In this document: in pieces, positions 21,830 through 32,367 of the stretch
How positions within the stretch are numbered: position 1 is the first letter of the stretch
Layout of the letters: every line of letters starts with the position of its first letter
Assembly: GCA_050260055.1 (NCBI GenBank)
Contig: JBLNBO010000003.1
Location: 38,629-102,628, forward strand
Origin: Ignavibacteriales bacterium
Lineage (GTDB): Bacteria; Bacillota; Clostridia; Acetivibrionales; UBA4821
Length of the DNA stretch: 64,000 nt
Direction of reading: 5' to 3'
The notes under the pieces: generated by a model
The model's database searches: none
Told to the model about the DNA's origin: nothing
What the model saw: the letters and a program-made list of their open reading frames with translations, nothing else
Program-made: the position numbers and the translations under genes

Positions 21830-23023
21830 TTAATATAATTCCCTATAAATTTTACCGATATCTATTCCCTCAAAAACTGAGTCCTGATAAATCTTGAAAA
21901 GATGCTCTCTTCCATCCTCCAAATGATGTGAGCTTATTCCATGGTTTATTGACAGTACCGCTTCCATAAATGCGGCAAGATGATCACATACCCGTATCAT
22001 TTTGCCATCAACAGGCGAAAATTCTTCCTTGTTGAATTCTTCAGTAATCTTCTCCATCTTTTCCGGCTGTCCATTTCGCATTATTTTATTCTCAAATTCC
22101 TCTTTTATGAGATACTCTATCTCTTTTTGAATTTCATCTGAAACAAGAGGCATTATTTTTTCTTGCATCTGCATATTCTCGTATTCTTTTATTATCTCTT
22201 CAAGCCCTTGCACTGAACGTTTTATAGGTGAAACAATATCTCTTGTCAAAACCTCGGGCAAATCATGAAACAATCCAGCAAAAAAGTTATTATAGATTCT
22301 TTTATCGCATGCATTCATTTCTTTAGCCATAAAATAAGAAAGAATAGCAACAATGAACATATGCCCAAGCACTGATGTTTCAGGAACTCTTGGAGACTGC
22401 GCCCATCTCCTTTGAAATCTTAATTGCCCGCAAATATCAATAAATCCGAAGGTCTTTTTCTTGAGAGCTATCTTTTGAACCCCGGCAAGGTCATAGTAAT
22501 CTTCTATCTTATTTTCTATTTCTTCTTTTGTTTTTTCTATTCCATAAAGAAACGGAGCCGAATTATATATCAAATTAAACTCCCAGCTGGTAGCCAAATA
22601 ATGAGCCGCTCCAAGAATCCTTTTTTCAAGTTTTGAATACTCAGGTTCAGACAAATAACTTTCAAATTTATTTCCAAATTCGTCCGGCAAATCTTTTATA
22701 TAGCTTTCCAACTGCGTCAAAACCCATGCATTCAGCTTATCCCCTTTTTCGGCCATCATTCTATGAAAAACCGGAGGCTTTATATCTGTAAGCACAATCC
22801 TATGAAGGAATTCAAAGATTGCCCCTTCAATAAGCTTTACCCAGTCCACTTTAACACCTTTTCCATCTTCTTCTGATTTTGCAAGTACATAAGCAATTAT
22901 CATCTTGTGCGCCTGTTTGTCCAGCTCAGTGAAATCAAAAGGCCTCGGCAGATCATTCCACCTAAAAATGCTTGCTGATTCATAAATCTTTTTTATTATT
23001 CCAGTAGTAAGCATTATTTTCAC
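21830..23023 (-). CDS. HD-domain phosphohydrolase with a tandem YfbR-like fold and a degenerate N-terminal copy
   Basis: 397 aa. The C-terminal half has RW...PR..E.SVLGH and FHDLPEVLTRDI (an HD motif). The N-terminal half has RWNDLPRP but lacks HD. Confidence 0.75.
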   Translation of the reverse strand: MKIMLTTGIIKKIYESASIFRWNDLPRPFDFTELDKQAHKMIIAYVLAKSEEDGKGVKVDWVKLIEGAIFEFLHRIVLTDIKPPVFHRMMAEKGDKLNAWVLTQLESYIKDLPDEFGNKFESYLSEPEYSKLEKRILGAAHYLATSWEFNLIYNSAPFLYGIEKTKEEIENKIEDYYDLAGVQKIALKKKTFGFIDICGQLRFQRRWAQSPRVPETSVLGHMFIVAILSYFMAKEMNACDKRIYNNFFAGLFHDLPEVLTRDIVSPIKRSVQGLEEIIKEYENMQMQEKIMPLVSDEIQKEIEYLIKEEFENKIMRNGQPEKMEKITEEFNKEEFSPVDGKMIRVCDHLAAFMEAVLSINHGISSHHLEDGREHLFKIYQDSVFEGIDIGKIYRELY

Positions 23024-23025
23024 TC

Positions 23026-24087
23026 CTAAACAAATATATTTTTAAGAAATTCATTATTATCAATAATTTCTTTTGCCTTCTCCCTGTTTTCCGGAATATG
23101 CAGGAATGTTACCCTGTCAGGCTTTATCGAAGGTGCTGTATCAATTGCCTTCTTAAAATCTTCTGCTTTCATTCCAAGTTCTTTTACATAGTTTGTAAAA
23201 CCAGTTTCATTAAAAATCTTAAGTATTTTCTCATGCCTATTATCTTGAATAACACTCATAATGTATGTTGCTATTCCCACTTGCACTCCATGAAGCTGCG
23301 GAATATCAAGGATTTCATCAAGCGCATGGGAAATAAGATGCTCACTTCCGCTTGCAGGTGCACTATTTCCTGCTATCTCCATTGAAACTCCGCTCATCAC
23401 AAGCGATTCAACAAGCTCTTCTAAGAAAAATTCATTTTTTATATCACTACAATCCATACGTACAAAGCTGTTAACCGATTTTTCAGCAATTATTGATGCA
23501 AAGCCATCAGTTACAGTTTTGCCTTTTTCTTCTTCAAAATCCCAATCACGCAGAGCTGTAATCTTTGAAAGCAAATCGCCGATTCCGGAATATATGAATT
23601 TTTCAGGAGAACTCTTTAAAATATCAATATCAACAATAATTCCATATGGCATTTTAGCCGGAACCGATTTCCTTTTTCCATTAATAAAGAAAGAACAGGT
23701 AGAGCTTGCAAATCCATCATTTGAAGCAGAAGTAGGAATACTTATGAACTGGATATTATTCAAAAAACTCATATACTTTGCAGTATCAAGAGCCTTTCCT
23801 CCGCCAATTCCGAGCACTGCTTGTGTCCTTGAAGGAACTTGAAAAGCCATATGAGTAACATTTTCTATTTCAATATTATCATTATCAAAAGTATTAAGAA
23901 TATTAATCTCATTTTGTTTTATTGAGTTTACAATTACATCACCAAAAAGGTTTCTTATTCCCTCTCCAAAAACCAAAACAACATTTAAAATGCCCACTCT
24001 TTTTAGCATTCCGCCTATATTATAAAACGTACCCCTTCCTATTTCGAGAAGAGAAGGAATAGAAATTCTGTGCGATGGAACTTTCAT
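23026..24087 (-). CDS. sn-glycerol-1-phosphate dehydrogenase-like (AraM/EgsA family, iron-ADH superfamily)
   Basis: GIGGGKALDTAKY and IPTSASNDGFAS resemble the G1PDH signature, with His ligands later (SEHLISHAL). Start set at 24087 (GGGGGA 9 nt upstream). It ends 2 nt before the HD gene start. Confidence 0.7.
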   Translation of the reverse strand: MKVPSHRISIPSLLEIGRGTFYNIGGMLKRVGILNVVLVFGEGIRNLFGDVIVNSIKQNEINILNTFDNDNIEIENVTHMAFQVPSRTQAVLGIGGGKALDTAKYMSFLNNIQFISIPTSASNDGFASSTCSFFINGKRKSVPAKMPYGIIVDIDILKSSPEKFIYSGIGDLLSKITALRDWDFEEEKGKTVTDGFASIIAEKSVNSFVRMDCSDIKNEFFLEELVESLVMSGVSMEIAGNSAPASGSEHLISHALDEILDIPQLHGVQVGIATYIMSVIQDNRHEKILKIFNETGFTNYVKELGMKAEDFKKAIDTAPSIKPDRVTFLHIPENREKAKEIIDNNEFLKNIFV

Positions 24088-24180
24088 TTTAATCATTCCC
24101 CCGTTCACTTTATTTGTTCTATCTTTAGGATTATATCAGACAGATAGGTTATTCTTCGGAACAGGTATATCTGTTCCCTG

Positions 24181-24834
24181 CTACTGCAAAACCCCTTGGC
24201 TAATAAAATACTCTTCTATTTCTTTGAAAGAACCAATTGGGACGAATGAATATCCTTCATTTGCCAACAGATTTTGAAGCTGCCCCTTGGCAAAAATAAC
24301 ATCTGCTTGTTCTGCCGCCTTCAAATCAGGTCCGCTGTCGCCTGTATAAAAAATTTTCTTTGCCTTGTCCTTAAAATCCTTTACAACAAGCTCCTTGTCC
24401 ACTCCGTATATATCAGAATAATAAGGGCTGGTATAATCCGGCATAATATGAATCCCTCCATCACGGTATTCACTGGGATTTGAAATGACTTTAACTCCTT
24501 CTATGCTATAGTGTTCAAATATTTTTTTTATATAATAATCAGCACCTGCACTAATAATAATAAAATCTCCGCCAGCCTGTCTTATTTTTTCTATAAGTGA
24601 AGGCGCATTCATATCAAAAGGGATAGTGAGAATATCTTGGATTACTTCTTCTTCCGAACTGTTCATTGAGGAAAAGACTATATTTAAAAAGTCGACATCC
24701 TTCATTTTTTTTGCCTTCCAGTCATTATAAAGCTGAACCCCTTTATCCTGAAGGTGCTTTTCTATGACAATATTATAAAAATCTTTGTTGGTAATTGTAT
24801 TATCAAAATCGGAAAAAAATATAAATTCTTTCAC
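24181..24834 (-). CDS. HAD-superfamily phosphatase (MtnX / PSPase-like subfamily)
   Basis: Motif I is FSDFDNTIT, motif II is IISAG, and motifs III/IV are K....YTGDSGPD. Confidence 0.8.
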   Translation of the reverse strand: MKEFIFFSDFDNTITNKDFYNIVIEKHLQDKGVQLYNDWKAKKMKDVDFLNIVFSSMNSSEEEVIQDILTIPFDMNAPSLIEKIRQAGGDFIIISAGADYYIKKIFEHYSIEGVKVISNPSEYRDGGIHIMPDYTSPYYSDIYGVDKELVVKDFKDKAKKIFYTGDSGPDLKAAEQADVIFAKGQLQNLLANEGYSFVPIGSFKEIEEYFISQGVLQ

Positions 24835-24962
24835 ATATCTCTCCTTATATAAAATTAATAAATTGTTTCTCTTTATTGAAGCATTATTGCTTTATCTATT
24901 TCATATTATACTAAAAAAAAGAAAGAACTGCTGACTTTTTTTGTCAGCAGTTCTGGTCTTGG

Positions 24963-25589
24963 TTACCTGAAAATTGCTTCGAGCAAGATTTTTGCTTTAC
25001 TTTTTTTTACCTCTTCTTCAATCAAATCTTCAACTTGGTTTCCTGCTACGGCCTTGTTCTCCGCCGCAAAAAACAATAATTCTTTAAGATTCTCAGACTC
25101 CTTTTCAACCAGCTCGCCATTGTTATTCATATACAACACATATACGTTCATCACACACTTGATGCTCTTTTGCACTTTCTTGCCAATTATGACATGTGCT
25201 CCAGGAGAGAGAGAAAACATTATTTCTTGAAACCTCTGGAGAGGGCCGTCTCCTTTTGCCCAGATGCAGATTCCCCCCGGGAAGATAATGGTTTCCTTGT
25301 TAATGTTATACTCGCCAATGTAAGCCGCAGTGACCTTTCTTTCTTCCCCGCCCTGTTCTACAATGCTATTAAAGCATTTTTGCACTTCCATAGCTTGTGT
25401 TACAATACGGGAATCCCTTTCTGTCTTTTCTCTGGCATACACCCTGCCGGCTTTCCTGTATAGGATAAAGTTTTCTATGCTGTCTATAGTTCCTTTGAAA
25501 TTATGCCCGAAAGGAATTACTGCATAACCAAGGCCTACGCAGCCACGTGCTATAAGTATAATCTTATTATTTTTAACTTCTATCGCCAT
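24963..25589 (-). CDS. uncharacterised protein, paralog of 25795-26352
   Basis: 208 aa. Shared blocks with the paralog include GC.G.GYA.IP, G(R/K)VYAR(E/K)K, IVEQ, ETI(I/L)FP.G(I/V)C, G.GPL.R(F/Y).EIMF(S/T)L.PGA..I and YVLYMN.NG(E/K)L(V/I)E.ES. Confidence 0.6.
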   Translation of the reverse strand: MAIEVKNNKIILIARGCVGLGYAVIPFGHNFKGTIDSIENFILYRKAGRVYAREKTERDSRIVTQAMEVQKCFNSIVEQGGEERKVTAAYIGEYNINKETIIFPGGICIWAKGDGPLQRFQEIMFSLSPGAHVIIGKKVQKSIKCVMNVYVLYMNNNGELVEKESENLKELLFFAAENKAVAGNQVEDLIEEEVKKSKAKILLEAIFR

Positions 25590-25794
25590 TAAACATCCCT
25601 CCTGTTTAATCCTGCACTTTTACCATAAGTAAAGAACAATTCTTCGTCCTACTTTTTCCCCCTTTGTTTCAAATAAGAAACTCGCTAATATTATGAAATT
25701 GTCTAAACTAGAAAATTGTATCACAAAAAGAAGTTTTTTACAAGAAAGAACTGCTGACAAAATCAGCAGTTCTTTGGGCTTTTACTTGCCTGGT

Positions 25795-26352
25795 TTAATT
25801 AAAAAACCTTGATAACATTCCTCCTTTGCTTTGGGGACTCTTGGCCATTTTCTCGAGCCTATCCATATCTCTGGACTCTTGCTCAATCAGTTTCCCGTTT
25901 TTGTTCATATATAATACGTACTCTTGGGCTCCTCCGCCTCTCTTATTTACGATGATATATGCTCCAGGCAAGAGAGTAAACATAATCTCTCTATACCTGC
26001 GCAGAGGACCTTCTCCTTCAGCCGAGACACATACTCCCTCAGGAAACAAAATCGTTTCCATGATAATTTGGTATCCGTTCCTTCTGCTATTATCCTCCAC
26101 TCTTTTCTCTTCGGCTTGCTCAACAATTTCGCTGTAACGAGAATCAATATATACCACTTTGGTTAGTGCTTGATCGCCGCGATTCTTTTTCCTGGCATAT
26201 ACTTTACCGGATTCCTGGCATAGGACAAAATCCTCCGGCCGATCCGCTTCTTCCCCGTTCGAATCTCTGAGTGGAATAAGTGCATAACCATATCCCCAAC
26301 AGCCGCTGGCTTTCAATAGAATCTTCCTTTCTTCAACGTCCACCATTGCCAT
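25795..26352 (-). CDS. uncharacterised protein, paralog of 24963-25589, co-transcribed with the cysteine desulfurase
   Basis: 185 aa. It starts 12 nt after the desulfurase stop, and its RBS context AGGAGGGATGTTTAATGGC is shared with the paralog. Confidence 0.6.
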   Translation of the reverse strand: MAMVDVEERKILLKASGCWGYGYALIPLRDSNGEEADRPEDFVLCQESGKVYARKKNRGDQALTKVVYIDSRYSEIVEQAEEKRVEDNSRRNGYQIIMETILFPEGVCVSAEGEGPLRRYREIMFTLLPGAYIIVNKRGGGAQEYVLYMNKNGKLIEQESRDMDRLEKMAKSPQSKGGMLSRFFN

Positions 26353-26364
26353 TAAACATCCCTC

Positions 26365-27543
26365 CTATTTAATTTTAATCCTTCTGTTTTCTGCTTGATA
26401 CTGGCTAACCCCAGCAAGTTCGGTAATAACCTTAAGGAAATATTCCACATCTTTTGATGTGTTGAAACGGCCGAACGTTAAACGGAGTGTGCTGTTTGCC
26501 ATCTCCGGCGTAAGCCCCATTGCTATAAGCACATGGGAGGGAATAACCGATTCTCCTCTACAGGCAGAGCCGGTTGAAACCGCAATGTTCCTTTCGCTAA
26601 GCTCTTCCAGCAGCTCTCGTGCATCTGCTCCGGGGAAGGTCACATTTAGGTTGCCAGGAAGCCTCCGAACTTGATCCCCATTGAAAATGACTGAAGGAAT
26701 ATTTTTCTTTAACCCTATAGTCATTTGGCTTCTAAGAGAAAGAAGCTTTTCCGCATATGCTTCCTGTTCCTTAACTGCCAGCTCAATGGCGGTTGCCATT
26801 CCTACAATTCCAGGCACATTTTCAGTTCCGGCACGCATACCATCTTCCTGTCCTCCTCCACGGATAATAGGCTCGATTTCAGTACCTTCTCTTACATAAA
26901 GAGCCCCTATACCCTTCGGCCCATAGAACTTATGGCCTGAGATGGAGAGCATATCGACATTCATGGCTTTGACATTCACCGGAATACTGCCGACCGCCTG
27001 AACTGCATCAGTATGGAAAAGGATTCCTCTTTCCCGGGCAATACTTCCAATTTCGGAGATTGGTTGTAAGGTTCCTACTTCATTATTTGCAGTCATTATC
27101 GAAATAAGGGTTGTCTGATCCTTTATGGCCTCTATAAGTGCCCGGTATGAAACAACTCCTTTTGCATCGACTGGTAAATAAGTAACCTCAAAACCTTCCA
27201 GCTCAAGCTGGTGGCAAGACTCTAAAATTGCTTTATGCTCAATTGCACTGGTTATTATATGATTCCCTTTATCCCTGTTAGCACGGGCTGCGCCCTTGAT
27301 GGCCCAGTTATCTGACTCTGTTCCGCCAGAAGTAAAGAAGATTTCTTCATCCCTGGATGCACCCAGAGCATTGGCTACACGCTCTCTTGCTCTTCTGATA
27401 GACTCTTTGGCGCGCACACCAACTTTATGAAGAGAAGAAGGATTTCCAAAGTCTTCTTTAAAACACGATGCCATAGCATCAACAACACGCTTCCTTGGGG
27501 CTGTAGTAGCTGAATGATCAAAATAAACTATTTTTCCCACCAT
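26365..27543 (-). CDS. cysteine desulfurase (NifS/IscS class V aminotransferase)
   Basis: SATTAP, the PLP-Lys context SGHKFYGPKG and the active-site loop STGSAC. Start set at MVGKIVYFD (ATG 27543, AAAGGAGG upstream). Confidence 0.93.
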   Translation of the reverse strand: MVGKIVYFDHSATTAPRKRVVDAMASCFKEDFGNPSSLHKVGVRAKESIRRARERVANALGASRDEEIFFTSGGTESDNWAIKGAARANRDKGNHIITSAIEHKAILESCHQLELEGFEVTYLPVDAKGVVSYRALIEAIKDQTTLISIMTANNEVGTLQPISEIGSIARERGILFHTDAVQAVGSIPVNVKAMNVDMLSISGHKFYGPKGIGALYVREGTEIEPIIRGGGQEDGMRAGTENVPGIVGMATAIELAVKEQEAYAEKLLSLRSQMTIGLKKNIPSVIFNGDQVRRLPGNLNVTFPGADARELLEELSERNIAVSTGSACRGESVIPSHVLIAMGLTPEMANSTLRLTFGRFNTSKDVEYFLKVITELAGVSQYQAENRRIKIK

Positions 27544-27845
27544 TTTAACCTCCTTTGTCCCAAATAAGGAACTCATTAATATTATTGAATTGTCTAAACC
27601 ACAAAAGTGTATCATCAAATGGAATTTTTTGCAACAAAAAACAGGCATAACGCCTGTTTTTATATATGGTAATTATTTTGTCCTTTGTTTATCTAGCTTT
27701 TCTTCTTTTGAAAGCATAACCAACTTTTTTGTTGGTGCAGTATATATTCTATATTAATTTTATTTTTCCTTCTAAAATTCTAAAAATTTTTACAATATTT
27801 TGAGCCGTTGTGGCACAAGGCTTCTACATGTTGTGTGATTTTCTT

Positions 27846-29345
27846 CTATAAATCAGCAAGCATTGCATATTTATTAAGCTCTTTTGCAAGATTCCCTATT
27901 TTCTGAGTAACCTCCATAGACCTCCTAGCACATGCTGCATTCTGTTTATAAATACTATTTAATTCTTCTATAAGGTCGGAAATATTTTTTGCCTTTGCCG
28001 CTCCTCTCTTTGCTGTTGTAAATACCACCTCTCCGCTGCTCCCTATGGTTTTCTCAATACTGCTTACAAAAACATTTATATCTTCATTCGTCCTATCTAT
28101 TACTTCTATAACTTCTTTTGATAAATCCAGACTTTTTTCTGCCAGCTTTTTTATTTCATCTGCAACAATAGAAAACCCTCTCCCTTGTTCGCCTGCTTTT
28201 GCCGCTTCAATAGCAGCATTTACAGACAGCAGATTTGCCTGCTCCATTACAATTTCCATAACTTCTTTAATGATGTTAAGTTTTTTTGCATCAGCAGAAA
28301 TTATTTTTACATATTTAAAAACATCCTGCATGCCTTTTATGGCATGCTTTGTGTAAACACTATCATCTGGATTTACATCTTCTATAAGATTTTCAATTTC
28401 CTTTGTCTGCTGTTGGAATATTTCATCTATTGTTCTGATTGCAGCTGTATGCTCTGAGCTATTTGACACAATCTGCTTTACCTGATCATCAACATATGTG
28501 GTTTCTTCCATTATTACTGAAACAATCTTAGTTACATGCTTAAAAAGACTTCTATAATCAGAAATAACACCATTTATTATTCTGCTGAGTTCATGAAATT
28601 CCTGGAACTTTGAAGCTGCTTCCCCCGGAAGCTTTTCAGCTGCTTCAGGGTTCATTATTCTTGATTTAATATAATCAGTCATTGATAGGATACTTTTTGT
28701 AATAATCCTAGAAAAATAAAATGAGATTGCTATACTCGCAATAAAAGCAACGCAAACTACTATTATAAGCATTTTGGTTCTGTCAAAGAGCTGTTTATTT
28801 AATACCGAACCATTAACTGCTTGAAACCACAATCCAAAAGCTTCATCTTTGTCATTTTTTAAAACCGAATAAACTCCCCAATAATTTTTATTGTTCAATG
28901 ATAGTGTTCCTGCATATGGAGCATTTTTTTGTATAGCCTGATTATAAATGGTATCAGGCAAAAATGATCCTCTTAGTACATTCTTATCCTGGCCTGAAAA
29001 TGATGAAGCTACGGGCTTCTGTTTACAAAATATTATTACTTCTTCATTTGTTAAATCTTTTATCTTCAACAGGAACTCTTCAATTTCGATCTTTCCTGAA
29101 GTTATATCTGCCGAAGCCTTGCTCCAATTCCCTTTATAATTGTCAGCAAGATACTCTATCTCCAGTTTGCTGTTTAAAATGACTTTTTCATTGCTCTCTG
29201 CTATATTATTCTGCCATATAACCAGAAACGCCGCTTGAGCCATAAGAAAGATTATCACAATACTTATAACTATGTTATAAAGAATTATATTTTTCTTAAG
29301 GCTTCCCCTTGATTTATAATGGCTTTTTTTGCTTGAGCTTTCCAT
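27846..29345 (-). CDS. methyl-accepting chemotaxis protein
   Basis: Two TM segments flank a sensor of about 170 aa. The highly conserved signalling hairpin is [35 protein letters not shown]. Confidence 0.85.
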   Translation of the reverse strand: MESSSKKSHYKSRGSLKKNIILYNIVISIVIIFLMAQAAFLVIWQNNIAESNEKVILNSKLEIEYLADNYKGNWSKASADITSGKIEIEEFLLKIKDLTNEEVIIFCKQKPVASSFSGQDKNVLRGSFLPDTIYNQAIQKNAPYAGTLSLNNKNYWGVYSVLKNDKDEAFGLWFQAVNGSVLNKQLFDRTKMLIIVVCVAFIASIAISFYFSRIITKSILSMTDYIKSRIMNPEAAEKLPGEAASKFQEFHELSRIINGVISDYRSLFKHVTKIVSVIMEETTYVDDQVKQIVSNSSEHTAAIRTIDEIFQQQTKEIENLIEDVNPDDSVYTKHAIKGMQDVFKYVKIISADAKKLNIIKEVMEIVMEQANLLSVNAAIEAAKAGEQGRGFSIVADEIKKLAEKSLDLSKEVIEVIDRTNEDINVFVSSIEKTIGSSGEVVFTTAKRGAAKAKNISDLIEELNSIYKQNAACARRSMEVTQKIGNLAKELNKYAMLADL

Positions 29346-29368
29346 ACATATTCCTTCTCTTAAAATAT

Positions 29369-31027
29369 TTAGATAACAAAACTGCTCTTTACTATGTCGG
29401 CAACATCCATTACCAGCGCAACCCTGCCATCCTCAAGGATTGCTGTTCCTGCAATATTTCTCACCTTGCCCACAATTTTGCTCATTGGCTTTATAATTAC
29501 CTTCTGGCTCCCAAGGAGTCTGTCAACTACTAATGCGACTCTCTTCTCGGCAAGACCGCAAACAACCGCATATGTTTTTCTGTTATTCTTTTTTGCCGAG
29601 GCTCCAAATTTATCATATAGCTTTACCACAGCAATATCCATATCATTTACATCTATGGTTTCCCCCTGCTCTCTTTTAGCTATAAGTTCAGACTGCATAC
29701 TAAGAACCACATCAACATTAATTGCAGGTATACATAGGATTCTTTTATTTATCTCAAACACTATACAAGGTATTACAGACAACGTTGACGGAATTTTTAA
29801 CGTAATTTTTGTGCCGCGACCTTTTTCTGATTCGACATCTATTGTTCCATTAACCTTTTTTATACTGTTTAATACAACATCCATTCCGACTCCTCTGCCT
29901 GATATATCGGTAATCTTCTCGGCAGTAGAAAAACTCGGAGAAAATATAAGATTGTATATTTCTCTTTTTGTCAGAAGCTTTGCCTGTTCTTCATTAACGA
30001 TTCCTTTTTTAATGGCTGTTGCCAAAACTTTTTGGTCATCTATTCCCTTTCCATCATCCTCTATTGTTATAATTATCTGCTCGCCTTTTTGCAGGGTAGA
30101 AATTCTTATAACTCCCCTTTCCGGCTTTCCCGCAATTAATCTTTCCTGCGGCATCTCAATACCATGGTCAGCAGAATTTCGAAGTATATGTATAAGAGGC
30201 CTTACTATTTCCTCTGCTATGTTTTTATCCAATCTGGAGTTTACGTTTTCTATAACAAGATTTATACTCTTTCCTAATGCAATTTCCAAATCCCTTATCA
30301 TTCTTGGGAAATTTCTAAAGACAGTTTCAATCGGCGTCATGCTTAATTGGATAAACTCATCAAAAAGCCTCTTTATCTCCTTGTCCATATGCTCCAGCAT
30401 TCCAAATGATTCTATAAACTTTGAATCTTTATTGTACTGTCTTTTTAAGTTTTTATTGAGGCTGAATACATGAGATTGAATCATGACGATTTCACTAATA
30501 TGATTCATGATATTTTCTATAGAATTTAGATTAACCTTTACAGTTTGAATGGAATCCGCTTTTTGTACTGCTTGTACAGCAATTTGTGCTTGGGTTGGTA
30601 CAGGCTGTTTTTGAACTGCTTCTTCTCTTTGGGAAACCTGCAAATCTCGCGCCATTTGATTGTCTTTTAATTTTTCAACAAGATCGTCAATCTCAACATT
30701 AGTATCCCCTAAAACAAATTTGTCTCTCAACAGCTTGACTCTATCCATGCATTTTAATAGAAGAGTTACTAACTCTGGGGTTATCATCGTTTTGCCATTT
30801 TTAATATCTATCATTACGTTTTCTACTGCATGAGTTATTTTTTTCATTCTGTCAAAACCAACCATGGCAGATGAGCCTTTAATATTATGCGCCGCCCTCA
30901 TTATCTCATTTATAACCCCAATTTCCTGCCCGGTTTTTTCAATCTCTAAAAGGCCTTTATCTATTCTTTCAATATCCTCTTCTAAATCTTCGGCAAACAG
31001 GCTTAACGATTCCTGGTCCAGTTCCAT
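29369..31027 (-). CDS. cheA: chemotaxis histidine kinase CheA (short, no obvious P2 domain)
   Basis: HPt motif AAHNIKGSS, a dimerisation domain, HATPase N/G boxes (NSADHG, DDGKGID, GRGVGMD) and a C-terminal CheW-like domain. Confidence 0.92.
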   Translation of the reverse strand: MELDQESLSLFAEDLEEDIERIDKGLLEIEKTGQEIGVINEIMRAAHNIKGSSAMVGFDRMKKITHAVENVMIDIKNGKTMITPELVTLLLKCMDRVKLLRDKFVLGDTNVEIDDLVEKLKDNQMARDLQVSQREEAVQKQPVPTQAQIAVQAVQKADSIQTVKVNLNSIENIMNHISEIVMIQSHVFSLNKNLKRQYNKDSKFIESFGMLEHMDKEIKRLFDEFIQLSMTPIETVFRNFPRMIRDLEIALGKSINLVIENVNSRLDKNIAEEIVRPLIHILRNSADHGIEMPQERLIAGKPERGVIRISTLQKGEQIIITIEDDGKGIDDQKVLATAIKKGIVNEEQAKLLTKREIYNLIFSPSFSTAEKITDISGRGVGMDVVLNSIKKVNGTIDVESEKGRGTKITLKIPSTLSVIPCIVFEINKRILCIPAINVDVVLSMQSELIAKREQGETIDVNDMDIAVVKLYDKFGASAKKNNRKTYAVVCGLAEKRVALVVDRLLGSQKVIIKPMSKIVGKVRNIAGTAILEDGRVALVMDVADIVKSSFVI

Positions 31028-31055
31028 GCGAACACTTCCCCTTTACCCTTATAGA

Positions 31056-31430
31056 TTATCCGATTATTTTGTTAAGCTCTATCAATTCCGGAGCTCCTCT
31101 AGCCTCAAGGTTAATTTCTTCAGAATTTTTAACACCCACTAAGCAGTCAATCAGTATTCCAACTTTTTCTTCTTTATATCTAACAACCATGATTTTTGCC
31201 CTCTTATTAAGCCCATTATCCTGCAATCCCAACCGTTCTTTTATATCTATAATAGGAATTACCTGTGTTCTAAAACGGGTAACCCCTTTAATATGCTTAG
31301 GTGTATCCGGCAGTTGGATTATCTCATCAAGACTAATGACTTCTTCCATTGATGCTATATCAAGCAAAAAATCCTGTGAACTCATTTTGAATTGTATATA
31401 ACGGTTTATAAGGCTCTTTTCTTCTTCCAT
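31056..31430 (-). CDS. cheW: chemotaxis coupling protein CheW
   Basis: 124 aa forming a single CheW-like domain (V..LP..P..IKG....R....PIIDI..RLG). Confidence 0.85.
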   Translation of the reverse strand: MEEEKSLINRYIQFKMSSQDFLLDIASMEEVISLDEIIQLPDTPKHIKGVTRFRTQVIPIIDIKERLGLQDNGLNKRAKIMVVRYKEEKVGILIDCLVGVKNSEEINLEARGAPELIELNKIIG

Positions 31431-31713
31431 TAATAGTTACACTCCACAAAGGTTCCTAAATAAATTTTAAAGCAGCAGCCTTTTATATGTTAATTATTCC
31501 ATATTTGTATAAATAAAGCAACAAGGCTAAAAATAAAAGACCCAAGCTTACTGCTTGAGCCCCTTAAGATTGTAATCTCTTAAATCCGTATCCCAACCTT
31601 TTCAATTACTTATTTTAATTCATACAATCTCTTTTGTTATAGCTTCCACAGAAGCCGTATCTTTTCGTCCTTCTTTTTGCTCCGATAAGGAGATAATCAG
31701 CCTTTCCTCTTTT

Positions 31714-32106
31714 TTAAACACTCCTTATACTAGCTTCAAACCCTGTCCATTTAATAATCGTCCTCACTAAATTGCCGACACTTATCGGCTTTTCCACAAG
31801 AGCATCAAAGCCCTTTTCCTTATAATCCGGCATAAATGCAAAAGTTACAACAATTATCGGAACTTTTGAACCGGTTTCCCGCACGCCTTTTGCCAGCTGA
31901 TCGCCTCTAAACGGCATATTAAAATCGGTTAAAATCAAGCCGATTTTCTCAGGCTCAGCCGTGAATATATCCAGTGCAATATCACCATTTTCTGCTTCCA
32001 TGTAACAATACTCCGGCTCCCTAAAAACTTTTTTTAAAAAATTTTGTAGAACCTCCCTATTTGTTTTTTCGTCATCCACAATCAAAATCGTCTTCTGCTT
32101 TTCCAT
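31714..32106 (-). CDS. single-domain response regulator (CheY-like)
   Basis: ILIVDDE, the phospho-acceptor context LILTDFNMP, and a conserved T/K later in the sequence. Confidence 0.85.
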   Translation of the reverse strand: MEKQKTILIVDDEKTNREVLQNFLKKVFREPEYCYMEAENGDIALDIFTAEPEKIGLILTDFNMPFRGDQLAKGVRETGSKVPIIVVTFAFMPDYKEKGFDALVEKPISVGNLVRTIIKWTGFEASIRSV

Positions 32107-32367
32107 CCTAACACCTCCATTTCAACATCCAAAAACTGAGATACAACAGCTTTCACGTTCCTTTAATTATATTTTTCATTATTATTTAAAAAGTATTATA
32201 CCATCCATTTACAGATATAAGCAAGAGAATCATTATTCGCCATTTTATTATGTAATATTACTTTTCTTGCAGCTATCCAGCTCCCATAATTAAGAAGCTT
32301 GAACAAAAGCAATAACTCCTGTAAAATTTATAGATAGATGATACACCTTTAAAAGGAGGATATACTA

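Noticed and set aside
29394-30473. 359-aa plus-strand ORF, together with many other 60-170-aa ORFs antisense to lon, clpX, tig, the MCP, the giant pilin gene and others
   Set aside because: They lie entirely antisense to genes with unambiguous motifs (here CheA). Their composition is low-complexity and S/F/I/L-rich, as expected for the antisense strand of AT-rich coding DNA. They lack an RBS.
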